Source of the DNA: an uncultured Pseudomonadota bacterium
GTDB taxonomy: Bacteria; Oederibacteriota; Muellerivitia; Muellerivitales; Muellerivitaceae
Direction: 5' to 3'
Assembly: GCA_963843375.1 (NCBI GenBank)
Contig: CAWJKT010000001.1
Location: forward strand, 198,445 to 262,444
Length of the DNA: 64,000 nt
The notes under the pieces: generated by a model
What the model saw: the letters and a program-made list of their open reading frames with translations, nothing else
What the model was told of the DNA's origin: nothing
Database searches by the model: none
Shown here: piece after piece, positions 53,143 to 64,000 of the stretch
How positions within the stretch are numbered: position 1 is the stretch's first letter
Layout of the letters: each line of letters begins with the position of its first letter
Position numbers and translations under genes: made by a program

Positions 53143-53583
53143 ATGGGCATGACCGATACCGCATCCATATTTAGCCGTCTTAGGCACGTTTTACAAAATA
53201 CCTATTTTTTCCAATCCTTGAAATTAAACGAATTAGATGAATTGATCGGTCATCTTCGGATGATACGCGTTCAAAAGGGTTATGAAATCATTAAGCAAGG
53301 TGATCCGGGAGACGCCTTTTATTTGATTGCTTCCGGGAAAGTCTCAATTTGGATGAAGAAGGGGTTTCGTAAATCCCAGGTGGCAACTCTTGGTGTCGAT
53401 GAATTCTTTGGTGAAATGGCACTTATTTCAAATGAGCCCCGTAACGCGACAGTCGTTTCCGAGGAAGTAACCGAACTCTTTATACTTCAACGATACGATT
53501 TTGACAAAATTTTGATGAAAAACCCTGTTATCGCCCAGGAATTAAAAAAATCCTATTATGAACGTAAAGAAAAGAACAAGTAA
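53143..53583 (+). CDS. Stand-alone cyclic-nucleotide-binding domain protein
   Basis: 146 aa. It has a CAP-family cNMP-binding domain with FGEMALISNEPRNATV (the phosphate-binding cassette) and no attached output domain. Confidence 0.8.
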   Translation: MGMTDTASIFSRLRHVLQNTYFFQSLKLNELDELIGHLRMIRVQKGYEIIKQGDPGDAFYLIASGKVSIWMKKGFRKSQVATLGVDEFFGEMALISNEPRNATVVSEEVTELFILQRYDFDKILMKNPVIAQELKKSYYERKEKNK

Positions 53584-53735
53584 CCTCCCCAAAGAGAATT
53601 GACAACATTCCGAAAGATTGGCATATTCACTGGCCCGGCTCTTCCAAAGATTCATGGGACAAGCTAGTAGCCCTGTTTGTTTGTCCATCCGCTTGTTCTG
53701 TTTTTAGGCAAGTTGGGAAGGGCAAACCACCGGAT

Positions 53736-53812
53736 GGCGGGGTAGCTCAGTTGGTCAGAGCAACGGTTTCATAATCCGTAGGTCGAGAGTTCGAGTCTCT
53801 CCCCCGCTACCA
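53736..53812 (+). tRNA. tRNA with CAT anticodon: elongator tRNA-Met or tRNA-Ile2 (lysidine-modified); CCA encoded
   Basis: Hand fold: acceptor GGCGGGG/CCCCGCT (G1-U72 wobble), D arm GCTC…GAGC, anticodon loop TTCATAA, T arm GAGAG-TTCGAGT-CTCTC. It lacks the initiator features. It lies 30 nt upstream of tilS. Confidence 0.85.
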
Positions 53813-53842
53813 ATATTTATTTCCATCCGAAGAAGGTCCAGC

Positions 53843-54847
53843 ATGCCAACCCAATGGGTGTTGCCGTCTTTTCCTTTTTCCCCTAGAGCCCGGCTTATCG
53901 TGGGTGTGTCCGGTGGCGCCGATTCTTTGGGACTTCTTATTTATTTAAAAGAATATTTGCCACAAGCTGCTAAACGTTTGGTGGTGGCCCATGTCAACTA
54001 CGGATTGAGGGGCCGAGATTCACAGCTGGATGAAGAAAAGGTGCGACAGTTATGTAAAAAAGAAAATCTTGAATTTCGGCGTTTCCATGTGAAAAGTCTG
54101 AAAGTAAGAGCAAAAAAAGAAAAAAAATCTCTTCAAGAATTGGCTCGAGAAATTCGTTATTCTTTTTTTCAAAAAATGGCCCAGGAGGAAAGGGCCTGGG
54201 GTGTAGCGGTAGCTCATCACCGGGAGGACCAAGCCGAGACAGTTTTAGATCGGTTATTAAGAGGAGCGGGTACAAGAGGACTCTCGGGTTTGAGGCCAGT
54301 TCAAACCTTGAATTTTTTGGGCGGCGAAAAGTCATTGAAGGTCTGGCGACCCCTTTTATCCTTTTCAAAGGACGAGATTCGAGTTTATTTGAAAGAACAA
54401 GGAATTAAATGGAGGGAAGATAAATCCAACCGAAAAACCGATTACCGCCGCAACCAAATTCGTCATCAAATTATGCCTTTTCTTTCCCGTTGGAACAGCA
54501 ATCTCTCACAGACGCTTGCCCGGATAGGAGATATCTCTTCCGCCGAAGATCAGGTTTTGGAAAGCTTTTTGGTTTCCGTTGAAAAGAAAGTGAAAAGTCA
54601 GTGGCTTCGCGGGGTCTATTATTGCCAGGCCGATAATTTTCAAAAGATGCCTTTAGCCCTTCAAAGAAGGTGGATTCGATATGTCAGCGAGAAATTAACG
54701 GCCAAGGCAAGAGGATTTTCCTTTGATCGGATTGGGGAAGTTATTCGCCTATGGGAAGGAAAGGAAAATGGCCCAAGGGACCTGGGATTTGGGTTAACTG
54801 CTGGAAAGAGTGGAAACAAGGCTTTTTTACGATTGATGAGAGGGTAA
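53843..54847 (+). CDS. tilS: tRNA(Ile)-lysidine synthase
   Basis: 334 aa. It has the PP-loop VGVSGGADSLGLL, and VAHHREDQAETVLDRLLRGAG. Confidence 0.85.
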   Translation: MPTQWVLPSFPFSPRARLIVGVSGGADSLGLLIYLKEYLPQAAKRLVVAHVNYGLRGRDSQLDEEKVRQLCKKENLEFRRFHVKSLKVRAKKEKKSLQELAREIRYSFFQKMAQEERAWGVAVAHHREDQAETVLDRLLRGAGTRGLSGLRPVQTLNFLGGEKSLKVWRPLLSFSKDEIRVYLKEQGIKWREDKSNRKTDYRRNQIRHQIMPFLSRWNSNLSQTLARIGDISSAEDQVLESFLVSVEKKVKSQWLRGVYYCQADNFQKMPLALQRRWIRYVSEKLTAKARGFSFDRIGEVIRLWEGKENGPRDLGFGLTAGKSGNKAFLRLMRG

Positions 54848-55029
54848 AGCTCGGTTTTCTTGGACTAGGTGTAGGATTCTTATGGTCCGAGTCTTGAACA
54901 TTTTCCATACCGATGGCACTCTTTTCCCATTGCTTGCAAATAGAAAAGAAGCTCAGTTATGATACGGTTCCTTGTTTCTTTAAGGAAATGTTCCTAGGTT
55001 GAACCTAACGTTCCCGTTGTTACTTTCAT

Positions 55030-56976
55030 GTGAGGAGTGCTTCTTTGAATCAGACTTTTAAAATTATTGCCGGATGGTTGTTGGCCTTTGTCATTGTTAT
55101 GTATTTCATCCAACAAACGAATAAAACGAAGTCCCAAAATGAATGGGATTATTCCCAGTTTGTCGCATCGGTTCAGGCGGGTGACACCCAATCCGTGACC
55201 ATCCATTCCGAAGACCATTTGATCACGGGGATATCCAAGGACAAGACGGAATTTAAAGTTTTTGAGCCGGATGACCCCAATTTGGTCAAAATGCTTTTAG
55301 ATAAAAATGTGCAAGTGAAAGTTGAATCACCCATGCGGTTGGGAATGTTCTGGACCATCGTTTTGAATCTGGCGCCCTATCTGCTGATCATTGGATGGTT
55401 CGTATTTATGATGCGCCAAGCCCAATCGGGCAGTGGGGGGGCATTAGCTTTCGGAAAAAGCCGTGCTCGTTTGATGACCTCGGGCCAGCAAAAGGTGACT
55501 TTTGCGGATGTGGCTGGCGTTGATGAAGCCAAGACAGAATTGATGGAAGTGGTTGATTTTCTAAAGGACCCTAAAAAGTACCAACTACTTGGAGGGAAAA
55601 TACCCAAAGGCGTCATCTTATTGGGCCCCCCTGGAACTGGAAAAACCCTCCTAGCCAAAGCGGTGGCGGGAGAGGCGGGTGTGCCTTTTTTCTCAATCTC
55701 AGGTTCTGATTTTGTGGAAATGTTTGTGGGTGTTGGCGCGGCCCGGGTTCGGGATTTGTTTGAGCAAGGTAAAAAACACGCCCCCTGTATTATCTTCATC
55801 GATGAAATCGATGCGGTTGGGCGACAACGAGGTGCCGGGTTAGGTGGAGGGCACGATGAAAGGGAGCAAACTTTAAATGCCATGCTTGTGGAAATGGACG
55901 GGTTCAATACCAATACGGGAGTCATTCTTATTGCGGCGACGAACCGAATGGATGTCCTAGACCCCGCGCTCCTGCGGCCGGGACGATTTGACCGGCAAGT
56001 GGTTGTGGATCGTCCTGATTTGGCGGGACGGGAAGCCATTCTTCGTGTCCATGCGAAAAACGTAAAATTAGCCGACGGGGTGGATTTGGGAGTAATCGCC
56101 CGACGTACTCCTGGCTTTTCAGGCGCGGACTTGGCAAACCTGATCAACGAAGCGGCGTTATTAGCCGCTCGTAGGAATAAAAAGGCCGTTGAGATGCCGG
56201 AACTAGAAGAAGCCATCGATAGGGTCATGGCGGGTCCGGAACGCCGCACCCGTGTTATTTCCGATGAAGAAAAGAAAATCGTAGCCTACCACGAGTCGGG
56301 GCATACCATCGTTGGAAAAATGGTCGACAAATCCCATTCCGTTCACAAGGTTTCTATCATTCCCAGGGGGCACGCTGCCTTGGGCGCCACTTGGTATCTT
56401 CCAAACGAGGAGCGTTTCCTGGCATCAAAAACCGAACTCTTGCACCGTATTACCGCCCTTTTAGGTGGGCGATCGGCTGAGGAGCTAACTTTTGGCGATG
56501 TCACAACGGGGGCCGGGGACGATTTGAACCGCGCCACCGAAATCGCACGGGCCATGATTTGTGAATATGGTATGAGCGAAAAATTAGGATCCATAACTCT
56601 TGGTAAAAAAGACGATATGGTCTTCATTGGACGCGACATGATGAAAGAGAAAAGCTATTCCGAGCAAACTGCCCAAACCATTGATGGAGAAGTGAAACGC
56701 ATTGTGGAAGAATGCCACAAAAAGGCAATGGATATTCTCAAAAAGAACCGTAAGTTCCTTAAGATTATGGCGGAAGCCCTTTTGGAAAGGGAAATCCTCG
56801 ATAGCACGGATGTGGATAATATTTTAGCCGGAAGAAAGATTGCGCCTAAAGCACCTTCCAAGGATTCGACGCCTCCTCCCGCTCCTTCGAATTCGGCGCC
56901 TGTAACACCCAATGTGGTATTAAAGCCTCAAACAGCCCCTTCCCAGGCTATTCAAAGCGGAGGGCGGTTTGGATAA
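55030..56976 (+). CDS. ftsH: ATP-dependent zinc metalloprotease FtsH
   Basis: 648 aa. It has two N-terminal TM helices, the AAA+ Walker [19 protein letters not shown], the SRH motif, the zinc motif HESGHT, and a Pro/Ser-rich C-terminal tail. The start may be the TTG at 55045. Confidence 0.95.
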   Translation: MRSASLNQTFKIIAGWLLAFVIVMYFIQQTNKTKSQNEWDYSQFVASVQAGDTQSVTIHSEDHLITGISKDKTEFKVFEPDDPNLVKMLLDKNVQVKVESPMRLGMFWTIVLNLAPYLLIIGWFVFMMRQAQSGSGGALAFGKSRARLMTSGQQKVTFADVAGVDEAKTELMEVVDFLKDPKKYQLLGGKIPKGVILLGPPGTGKTLLAKAVAGEAGVPFFSISGSDFVEMFVGVGAARVRDLFEQGKKHAPCIIFIDEIDAVGRQRGAGLGGGHDEREQTLNAMLVEMDGFNTNTGVILIAATNRMDVLDPALLRPGRFDRQVVVDRPDLAGREAILRVHAKNVKLADGVDLGVIARRTPGFSGADLANLINEAALLAARRNKKAVEMPELEEAIDRVMAGPERRTRVISDEEKKIVAYHESGHTIVGKMVDKSHSVHKVSIIPRGHAALGATWYLPNEERFLASKTELLHRITALLGGRSAEELTFGDVTTGAGDDLNRATEIARAMICEYGMSEKLGSITLGKKDDMVFIGRDMMKEKSYSEQTAQTIDGEVKRIVEECHKKAMDILKKNRKFLKIMAEALLEREILDSTDVDNILAGRKIAPKAPSKDSTPPPAPSNSAPVTPNVVLKPQTAPSQAIQSGGRFG

Positions 56977-57526
56977 AGCCCGAATCGAAAAGGCTGTCCT
57001 GGAAATTTTAATCGCCATTGGCGAGAATCCCCAGCGAGAGGGATTGAAGGACACTCCCAAAAGGGTGGCCAAAATGTACGAGGAAGTTTTCGCGGGGCTG
57101 GAGATTGATCCGAAGGAAATCATCACTATTTTCGAAACCGAAGGCCATGAAGAAATGGTTATCCTCAAGGATATTCCGTTTTACTCCATGTGTGAGCACC
57201 ATCTGCTTCCGTTTAATGGCAGGGCTCATGTGGCTTATATTCCCCGCAAAGACCGATTGGCGGGACTTTCCAAGCTGGCGCGGGTTGTGGAGGCGGTTTC
57301 TCGGCGTCCTCAACTCCAGGAGCGTATTACCACTCAAATCGCCGATATTTTGATGAAGATATTAAAGCCACATGGAGTTTTTGTTATCGTGGAAGCTGAA
57401 CATCTTTGCATGACTATGCGGGGAGTCAAAAAACCTGGATCCCGCATGACTACTTCCGCCGTCCGGGGTGTTTTCCAGAAAAACGAAATCACCCGTAAGG
57501 AAGCCCTTCAGTTGATTGGAAAGTAG
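56969..57526 (+). CDS. folE: GTP cyclohydrolase I (FolE type)
   Basis: 185 aa. Motifs: [30 protein letters not shown] and QLQERIT. It overlaps the ftsH stop by 8 nt. Confidence 0.95.
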   Translation: MDKARIEKAVLEILIAIGENPQREGLKDTPKRVAKMYEEVFAGLEIDPKEIITIFETEGHEEMVILKDIPFYSMCEHHLLPFNGRAHVAYIPRKDRLAGLSKLARVVEAVSRRPQLQERITTQIADILMKILKPHGVFVIVEAEHLCMTMRGVKKPGSRMTTSAVRGVFQKNEITRKEALQLIGK

Positions 57527-58703
57527 GCCTATGCCGCGTTTGAGCGGGGTTTCTTTCCGAATTCTTTATCCCGATCCATATAGTTTTCCACGCGCGTTTT
57601 CTTTTTCTCCTGAAGTCATTTGTTCCGCCGAATTTTCATCCAAGTCCCAGGCCCTCCAGCTAGCGAAAAGATTTACTTTTTTGCCTTTCATCAAAAATAT
57701 TGAATTTGTAAAAGATTCAAAGTTCAACCTGAAATGGAGCATTCACTTATCCGACACCTTGTCGATTTTTAAAAAAATCAAAGATTTTCCCGAATTATCC
57801 CATCAAATGGATTTAGCTTTTAAAACCTATGGTTCCAAGAATTTATGGGAATTGAAAGGACGTGGAACCCAAAAGTTAAAAGGGAGGCGCCAGACCCAAA
57901 TCATGGGTGTTCTCAATATCACCCCTGACTCCTTTTCAGATGGCGGTCGATATATCGATCCGGTTCTGGCTGCCGAAAGGGCGTTACGAATGCAAGAAGA
58001 AGGAGCCGATTGGGTGGATGTCGGAGGTGAATCCAGCCGGCCAGGAGCCAAGGCAGTATCAGTTTCGGAAGAAAAAAAGCGAATTTTGCCGGTTCTCAAG
58101 GCTTGTGCAAAAACTTTGCGGATACCTTTATCGGTGGATACTTATAAATCCGAGGTGGCTCGAGCCGCGGCGGGTGAAGGTGCCCAAATGATCAACGATA
58201 TCGGTGCCTTGGGGCTTGATCCAGGAATGGGAAGATTAATGGCCCGCTTAAAATTGCCGGTAATCTTGATGCATATGCGGGGAAAACCCGGGACCATGCA
58301 GAAGAATCCCGTTTACCGAGATGTAGTGGGAAATATATTGTCTTTTTTTCGAGACCGAATCGCTTACGCCCGTGGATGCGGCATTTCCGAGAACCGCCTT
58401 TTGATCGACCCGGGTTTTGGTTTCGGTAAAACGGCTTGGCACAATATGGAAATTACCCGTCGACTTTGGGAATTTAAGGTTTTGGGCCGCCCCATCGTAA
58501 TAGGTCCCTCGCGCAAATCCACCTTGGGGCTTCTACTAGGAGGCCTGCCGCCTGAAGAAAGAGTCGAAGCCACTGGAGCAGTGGTGACGGCGTCAATTCT
58601 TAGAGGAGCCGATTTTGTCCGAGTTCATGATGTTCAAAGTATGAGCCGTGTGGTAAAAATAGCTGATGCAATTCGTTATGACCGGGGATTATCCGCACCA
58701 TGA
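57516..58703 (+). CDS. folP: Dihydropteroate synthase with an uncharacterised ~125-aa N-terminal extension
   Basis: 395 aa. The DHPS core starts at [18 protein letters not shown] (about residue 130) and continues with [22 protein letters not shown] and DPGFGFGK. I do not recognise any family in residues 1-125. Confidence 0.85.
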   Translation: MESRPMPRLSGVSFRILYPDPYSFPRAFSFSPEVICSAEFSSKSQALQLAKRFTFLPFIKNIEFVKDSKFNLKWSIHLSDTLSIFKKIKDFPELSHQMDLAFKTYGSKNLWELKGRGTQKLKGRRQTQIMGVLNITPDSFSDGGRYIDPVLAAERALRMQEEGADWVDVGGESSRPGAKAVSVSEEKKRILPVLKACAKTLRIPLSVDTYKSEVARAAAGEGAQMINDIGALGLDPGMGRLMARLKLPVILMHMRGKPGTMQKNPVYRDVVGNILSFFRDRIAYARGCGISENRLLIDPGFGFGKTAWHNMEITRRLWEFKVLGRPIVIGPSRKSTLGLLLGGLPPEERVEATGAVVTASILRGADFVRVHDVQSMSRVVKIADAIRYDRGLSAP

Positions 58704-59464
58704 ATATTTTAATCGCCCTCTTTGCCAATTTCCGACTGGTCGACGCTCTAGATATTGTGGTTGTTTCCTTCGTGATCTACCAACTTTTGCTGTTGATCCG
58801 TGAGGTTCATGCCACCCGAATCGTAGTCGGATTTGGGATTTTATTCATGGCAGCGGCCATTGCCAGCCAGTTCCACCTCTTGACGTTGGACTGGCTTTTA
58901 AGCAACGTGGGCCCCTTTGTCGTTATTTCCTTCGTGGTGGTTTTCCAACCGGACCTGCGTCGTATTATCACTCAAATCGGACGGGGAGGTTTTTGGGGCG
59001 GGGTTTTCCAGGGTGAGGCGGCCCTTTTTAAGGAAATCACCTCCGCGGTGAGGGACCTGGTTAAGACCCGCCGAGGAGCCTTGATTGTCATCGAACGGGA
59101 TGACAGTCTTCAAAGTGTCATCGAAACAGGCACCAAAATTGAGGCTGATGTCACAGCCGAATTGTTGGTAACACTTTTCGTGCCGCATTCGCCCCTGCAT
59201 GATGGGGCCGTGATTATTCGTGGTGGCAAGATTGCCGCAGCGGGATGTATTTTGCCTTTGAGCCAGAATCTTAATCTCAGCAAATCCTATGGGACTAGGC
59301 ACCGGGCGGCAGTTGGTATTACCGAGGAGACGGATTCCTTGGCCATTGTCGTTTCCGAAGAAAACCATACCATCGCTTTCACCATGGCGGGGAAAATAAC
59401 CCCTGAAATTGATGGTAATACTCTAGAAGAAATGTTGACCCTTTATGGCACCAAAGTGGATTGA
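58700..59464 (+). CDS. cdaA: Diadenylate cyclase CdaA (DisA_N/DAC domain, membrane-anchored)
   Basis: 254 aa. It has three N-terminal TM helices. DAC motifs: GALIVIERD, HDGAVIIRGGKIAAAGCILPLS and GTRHRAAVGITEETDSLAIVVSEE. Confidence 0.9.
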   Translation: MNILIALFANFRLVDALDIVVVSFVIYQLLLLIREVHATRIVVGFGILFMAAAIASQFHLLTLDWLLSNVGPFVVISFVVVFQPDLRRIITQIGRGGFWGGVFQGEAALFKEITSAVRDLVKTRRGALIVIERDDSLQSVIETGTKIEADVTAELLVTLFVPHSPLHDGAVIIRGGKIAAAGCILPLSQNLNLSKSYGTRHRAAVGITEETDSLAIVVSEENHTIAFTMAGKITPEIDGNTLEEMLTLYGTKVD

Positions 59465-59473
59465 GGTATTAGG

Positions 59474-59875
59474 ATGAAACGTTGGATACTTGAAAATTTC
59501 AATTTGAAGGTTTTGGCGGTCTTCATTGCGTTTCTTCTTTGGGCCTACGTCGACTTAAAACAGGTTCTTGACCATAAGCATTTAACCCTTTACGTGGGAT
59601 TAACGGATATACCCGCTGGTATGACCCCCGACCCCAATATGAAAACATCCGTTTCAGTGATGTTAATTGGAAAGAACGTGAAGGATTTGGAACCGGATGA
59701 TTTGGATGCGACCGCGAGTCTAAAAGACGTTCAACCGGGTCAGGAAGAAATTGTGGTTAGGCCCAAAATCGAGCAATTGCCTGAGGGCGTGACGGCAAGT
59801 GTCCACGATTTAAAAGTTCATTTGGTGCCTTTGGACGCGGCCAAGGAACCCTCTAAGATACAATCGGTGAAATAA
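59474..59875 (+). CDS. YbbR/CdaR-like protein (single short YbbR-type domain)
   Basis: 133 aa. It has N-terminal NFNLKVLAVFIAFLLWAYV (a TM helix, typical of the CdaR N-terminus) and sits immediately after cdaA. It is much shorter than multi-domain CdaR proteins. Confidence 0.6.
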   Translation: MKRWILENFNLKVLAVFIAFLLWAYVDLKQVLDHKHLTLYVGLTDIPAGMTPDPNMKTSVSVMLIGKNVKDLEPDDLDATASLKDVQPGQEEIVVRPKIEQLPEGVTASVHDLKVHLVPLDAAKEPSKIQSVK

Positions 59876-59877
59876 AC

Positions 59878-60624
59878 ATGGCTTTTCTTTCCGTCAATAT
59901 CGACCATATCGCCACCTTGCGTCAGGCTCGCCGGGAAAAGGAACCGGATCCTCTAGAAGCAGCTGGACTTGTTGAAAAGGCCGGAGCCCACGGCATTACA
60001 GTCCATCTCAGGGAGGACCGGCGGCATATCCAGGATCACGACGTCATTGGTTTGAGGAAAATTGTCAAAACCAAATTAAACCTGGAAATGGCCGCTTCGG
60101 TGGAAATGATCCAGTTCGCCCTCCGGGTCAAACCTGATCAAGTTACCTTGGTTCCTGAAAAGCGCCAGGAGCTGACTACCGAAGGAGGATTGGCTCTTTC
60201 TTCTTCCCCGAAGCGTTTTGAAAAGGCCATCAACCAGCTTCAATCCAAAGGTATTCCCGTTTCACTTTTTATTGATCCCCGGCCGCAGGATATTCAGCTT
60301 TCCTCTCGATTGGGGTCTACCTTTATCGAACTTCACACTGGCGCCTATAGTCGGGCATGCCGTTTGGGAGGTAATGTCAAAAAGGAATTCCTGATTTTGG
60401 CAGCGGGAGCCCGTTTGGCCTCTTCCCTGGGCCTAAAAGTTCATGCGGGTCATGGATTGACATATCAAAATGTCACCCCCATCGCGGCACTGATTGAAAT
60501 TGAGGATTTGAACATTGGACACAATATCGTGGCCCGGGCTTCTATGGTAGGATTAGAGAAAGCTGCCCGGGAAATGTTGACGCTGCTTCAAAAAGCAAAC
60601 CGTGGCAAAGGGGGGCGCTTGTGA
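59878..60624 (+). CDS. pdxJ: Pyridoxine 5'-phosphate synthase
   Basis: 248 aa. Motifs: LSVNIDHIATLRQAR, ITVHLREDRRHI, LNLEMA and HAGHGL. Confidence 0.95.
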   Translation: MAFLSVNIDHIATLRQARREKEPDPLEAAGLVEKAGAHGITVHLREDRRHIQDHDVIGLRKIVKTKLNLEMAASVEMIQFALRVKPDQVTLVPEKRQELTTEGGLALSSSPKRFEKAINQLQSKGIPVSLFIDPRPQDIQLSSRLGSTFIELHTGAYSRACRLGGNVKKEFLILAAGARLASSLGLKVHAGHGLTYQNVTPIAALIEIEDLNIGHNIVARASMVGLEKAAREMLTLLQKANRGKGGRL

Positions 60625-60941
60625 GTTGGAAAGTTGTTTTTTTACTCGCGTTAATGATTGTTGGAGCCATCGGCTATTTCCTTTGGGGAAAAGTGGAACA
60701 AGCCCCGCCCGAGGCTACCCTACCTGGTTATACCAACGCTTTGAAAAATGATGAGATGAAGGCCCAAGCCGTCGTTGCGGGAACTCAGTTGGATTCGGTT
60801 AAAAGCGCGGTTGAAAAGTATAAATCGGATAAAGAATCGTTTCCCCCCTCATTGCAAGATTTGGTTCCCAATTATATCGACCATATTCCCGGAGGGATCG
60901 CCTATGACCCCTCCACGGGAATCGTCAGCGTCGCCCAATAA
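60621..60941 (+). CDS. Small membrane-anchored protein whose C-terminal part resembles the GspG/pseudopilin globular region; function unknown
   Basis: 106 aa. It has an N-terminal TM helix (VVFLLALMIVGAIGYFLW) but no G/FTLIE prepilin motif. The C-terminal VEKYKSDKESFPPSLQDLVPNYIDHIPGGIAYDPSTG resembles the pseudopilin 'Y-x-x-D-x-G-x-Y-P…L-V-P-x-Y-L…P-x-D-P' pattern. Confidence 0.45.
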   Translation: MSWKVVFLLALMIVGAIGYFLWGKVEQAPPEATLPGYTNALKNDEMKAQAVVAGTQLDSVKSAVEKYKSDKESFPPSLQDLVPNYIDHIPGGIAYDPSTGIVSVAQ

Positions 60942-61045
60942 AGTCCCTTTTGGGGAAATCCCAAGGCCACCCTTCGATTCCAGGTGCATAAAGGTTATTC
61001 TTTAGATGCGGCTCGGCTCGCCGTGAGGGATGTTTTCAGTTATAA

Positions 61046-63757
<2,712 letters not shown>

Positions 63758-63761
<4 letters not shown>

Positions 63762-64000
63762 AACGATGGTTATCCTTAGACTTGGGGAAAGTTAGGATTG
63801 GGGTGGCCTTATCCGATTCCCTGGGCTTGACGGCACAACCTTTGCTTGTTTTGAAATCCGCAGGAACCCAAAAAGACATCATCGCTATTGGAAAATTGAT
63901 CAACGAGCATCAAGTGACCAAGGTTATCGTCGGACTCCCATTCAATATGGATGGAACGGAAAGCCCAACCACCCAAAAGGTTCGAGATTTTACTGAAAAA
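63758..64000 (+). CDS. ruvX: Putative pre-16S rRNA nuclease / Holliday junction resolvase-like protein YqgF (3' end outside the window)
   Basis: The TTG start overlaps the alaS stop. LKRWLSLDLGKVRIGVALSDSLGLTAQPL…VIVGLPFNMDGTES matches the YqgF/RuvX family. The ORF is open to base 64000. Confidence 0.8.

Noticed and set aside
55377-56249. 290-aa ORF antisense to ftsH. Similar long antisense ORFs occur at 61208..61933 (alaS), 18308..19003 (asnB), 8979..9785 (Anbu gene), 5007..5756 (hemH), 6052..6603 and 5991..6593 (hemE).
   Set aside because: Each one lies entirely inside a well-supported gene on the opposite strand. They have Arg/Pro/Gly/Ser-rich, low-information translations typical of shadow ORFs in GC-richer coding DNA, and I recognise no motifs in them.

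Overview
This is a 64-kb chromosomal segment from a diderm bacterium, as shown by the secretin, the GT9 heptosyltransferase and the type IV pilus genes. No rRNA is present, so I do not name a lineage. Gene content in order: (1) a surface-protein fragment, a GT9 transferase, a pseudouridine synthase and an aminotransferase. (2) A minus-strand heme block, hemY-hemH-hemE, with a HemD-like segment fused upstream of hemE. (3) The four-gene Anbu cassette: circularly permuted ATP-grasp, alpha-E, proteasome-like peptidase and transglutaminase. (4) A surface-glycan cluster at 12.3-20.3 kb: membrane/SAM-methyltransferase gene, Trm112-like gene, two GT4 genes, a GT-C-like membrane protein, AsnB-type amidotransferase and a CMD-family gene. 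(5) efp-accB-accC, a ComB-like phosphatase with a Lys-rich tail, a ThiD2-like ORF, thiC, ferredoxin, dnaJ and rsmE. (6) A complete type IV pilus locus (pilB-pilT-pilC-pilin-pilMNOPQ) sitting between aroE and aroC-aroK-aroB. (7) A TPR-Roadblock protein plus a standalone Roadblock/LC7 protein, a DUF624-like membrane protein and ftsB. (8) tRNA-Leu(TAA) and initiator tRNA-fMet, followed by a badly degraded gene. (9) A PTR1-like SDR, folB-folK, a YfhO-like gene, metF and a cNMP-binding protein. (10) tRNA(CAT)-tilS-ftsH-folE-folP-cdaA-cdaR-like-pdxJ, then alaS and ruvX. I found no CRISPR array, transposase, integrase or prophage. Three observations stand out. First, there are roughly 25 frame disruptions: mostly single-base shifts plus one in-frame stop of each type (TAA, TGA, TAG). 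They hit 12 genes, including essential alaS, which points to assembly indel or substitution errors rather than biology, though this needs read-level checking. Second, GC content drops sharply across about 34-53 kb, a stretch that contains core genes. Third, several gene architectures are still poorly understood: the Anbu cassette, an apparent HemD-HemE fusion, a Roadblock pair without an MglA-type GTPase beside the pilus locus, an N-terminally extended DHPS, and a ComB-like enzyme with a histone-like tail. All functional calls rest on motif and family recognition by eye from the translated ORFs. No database search was run.
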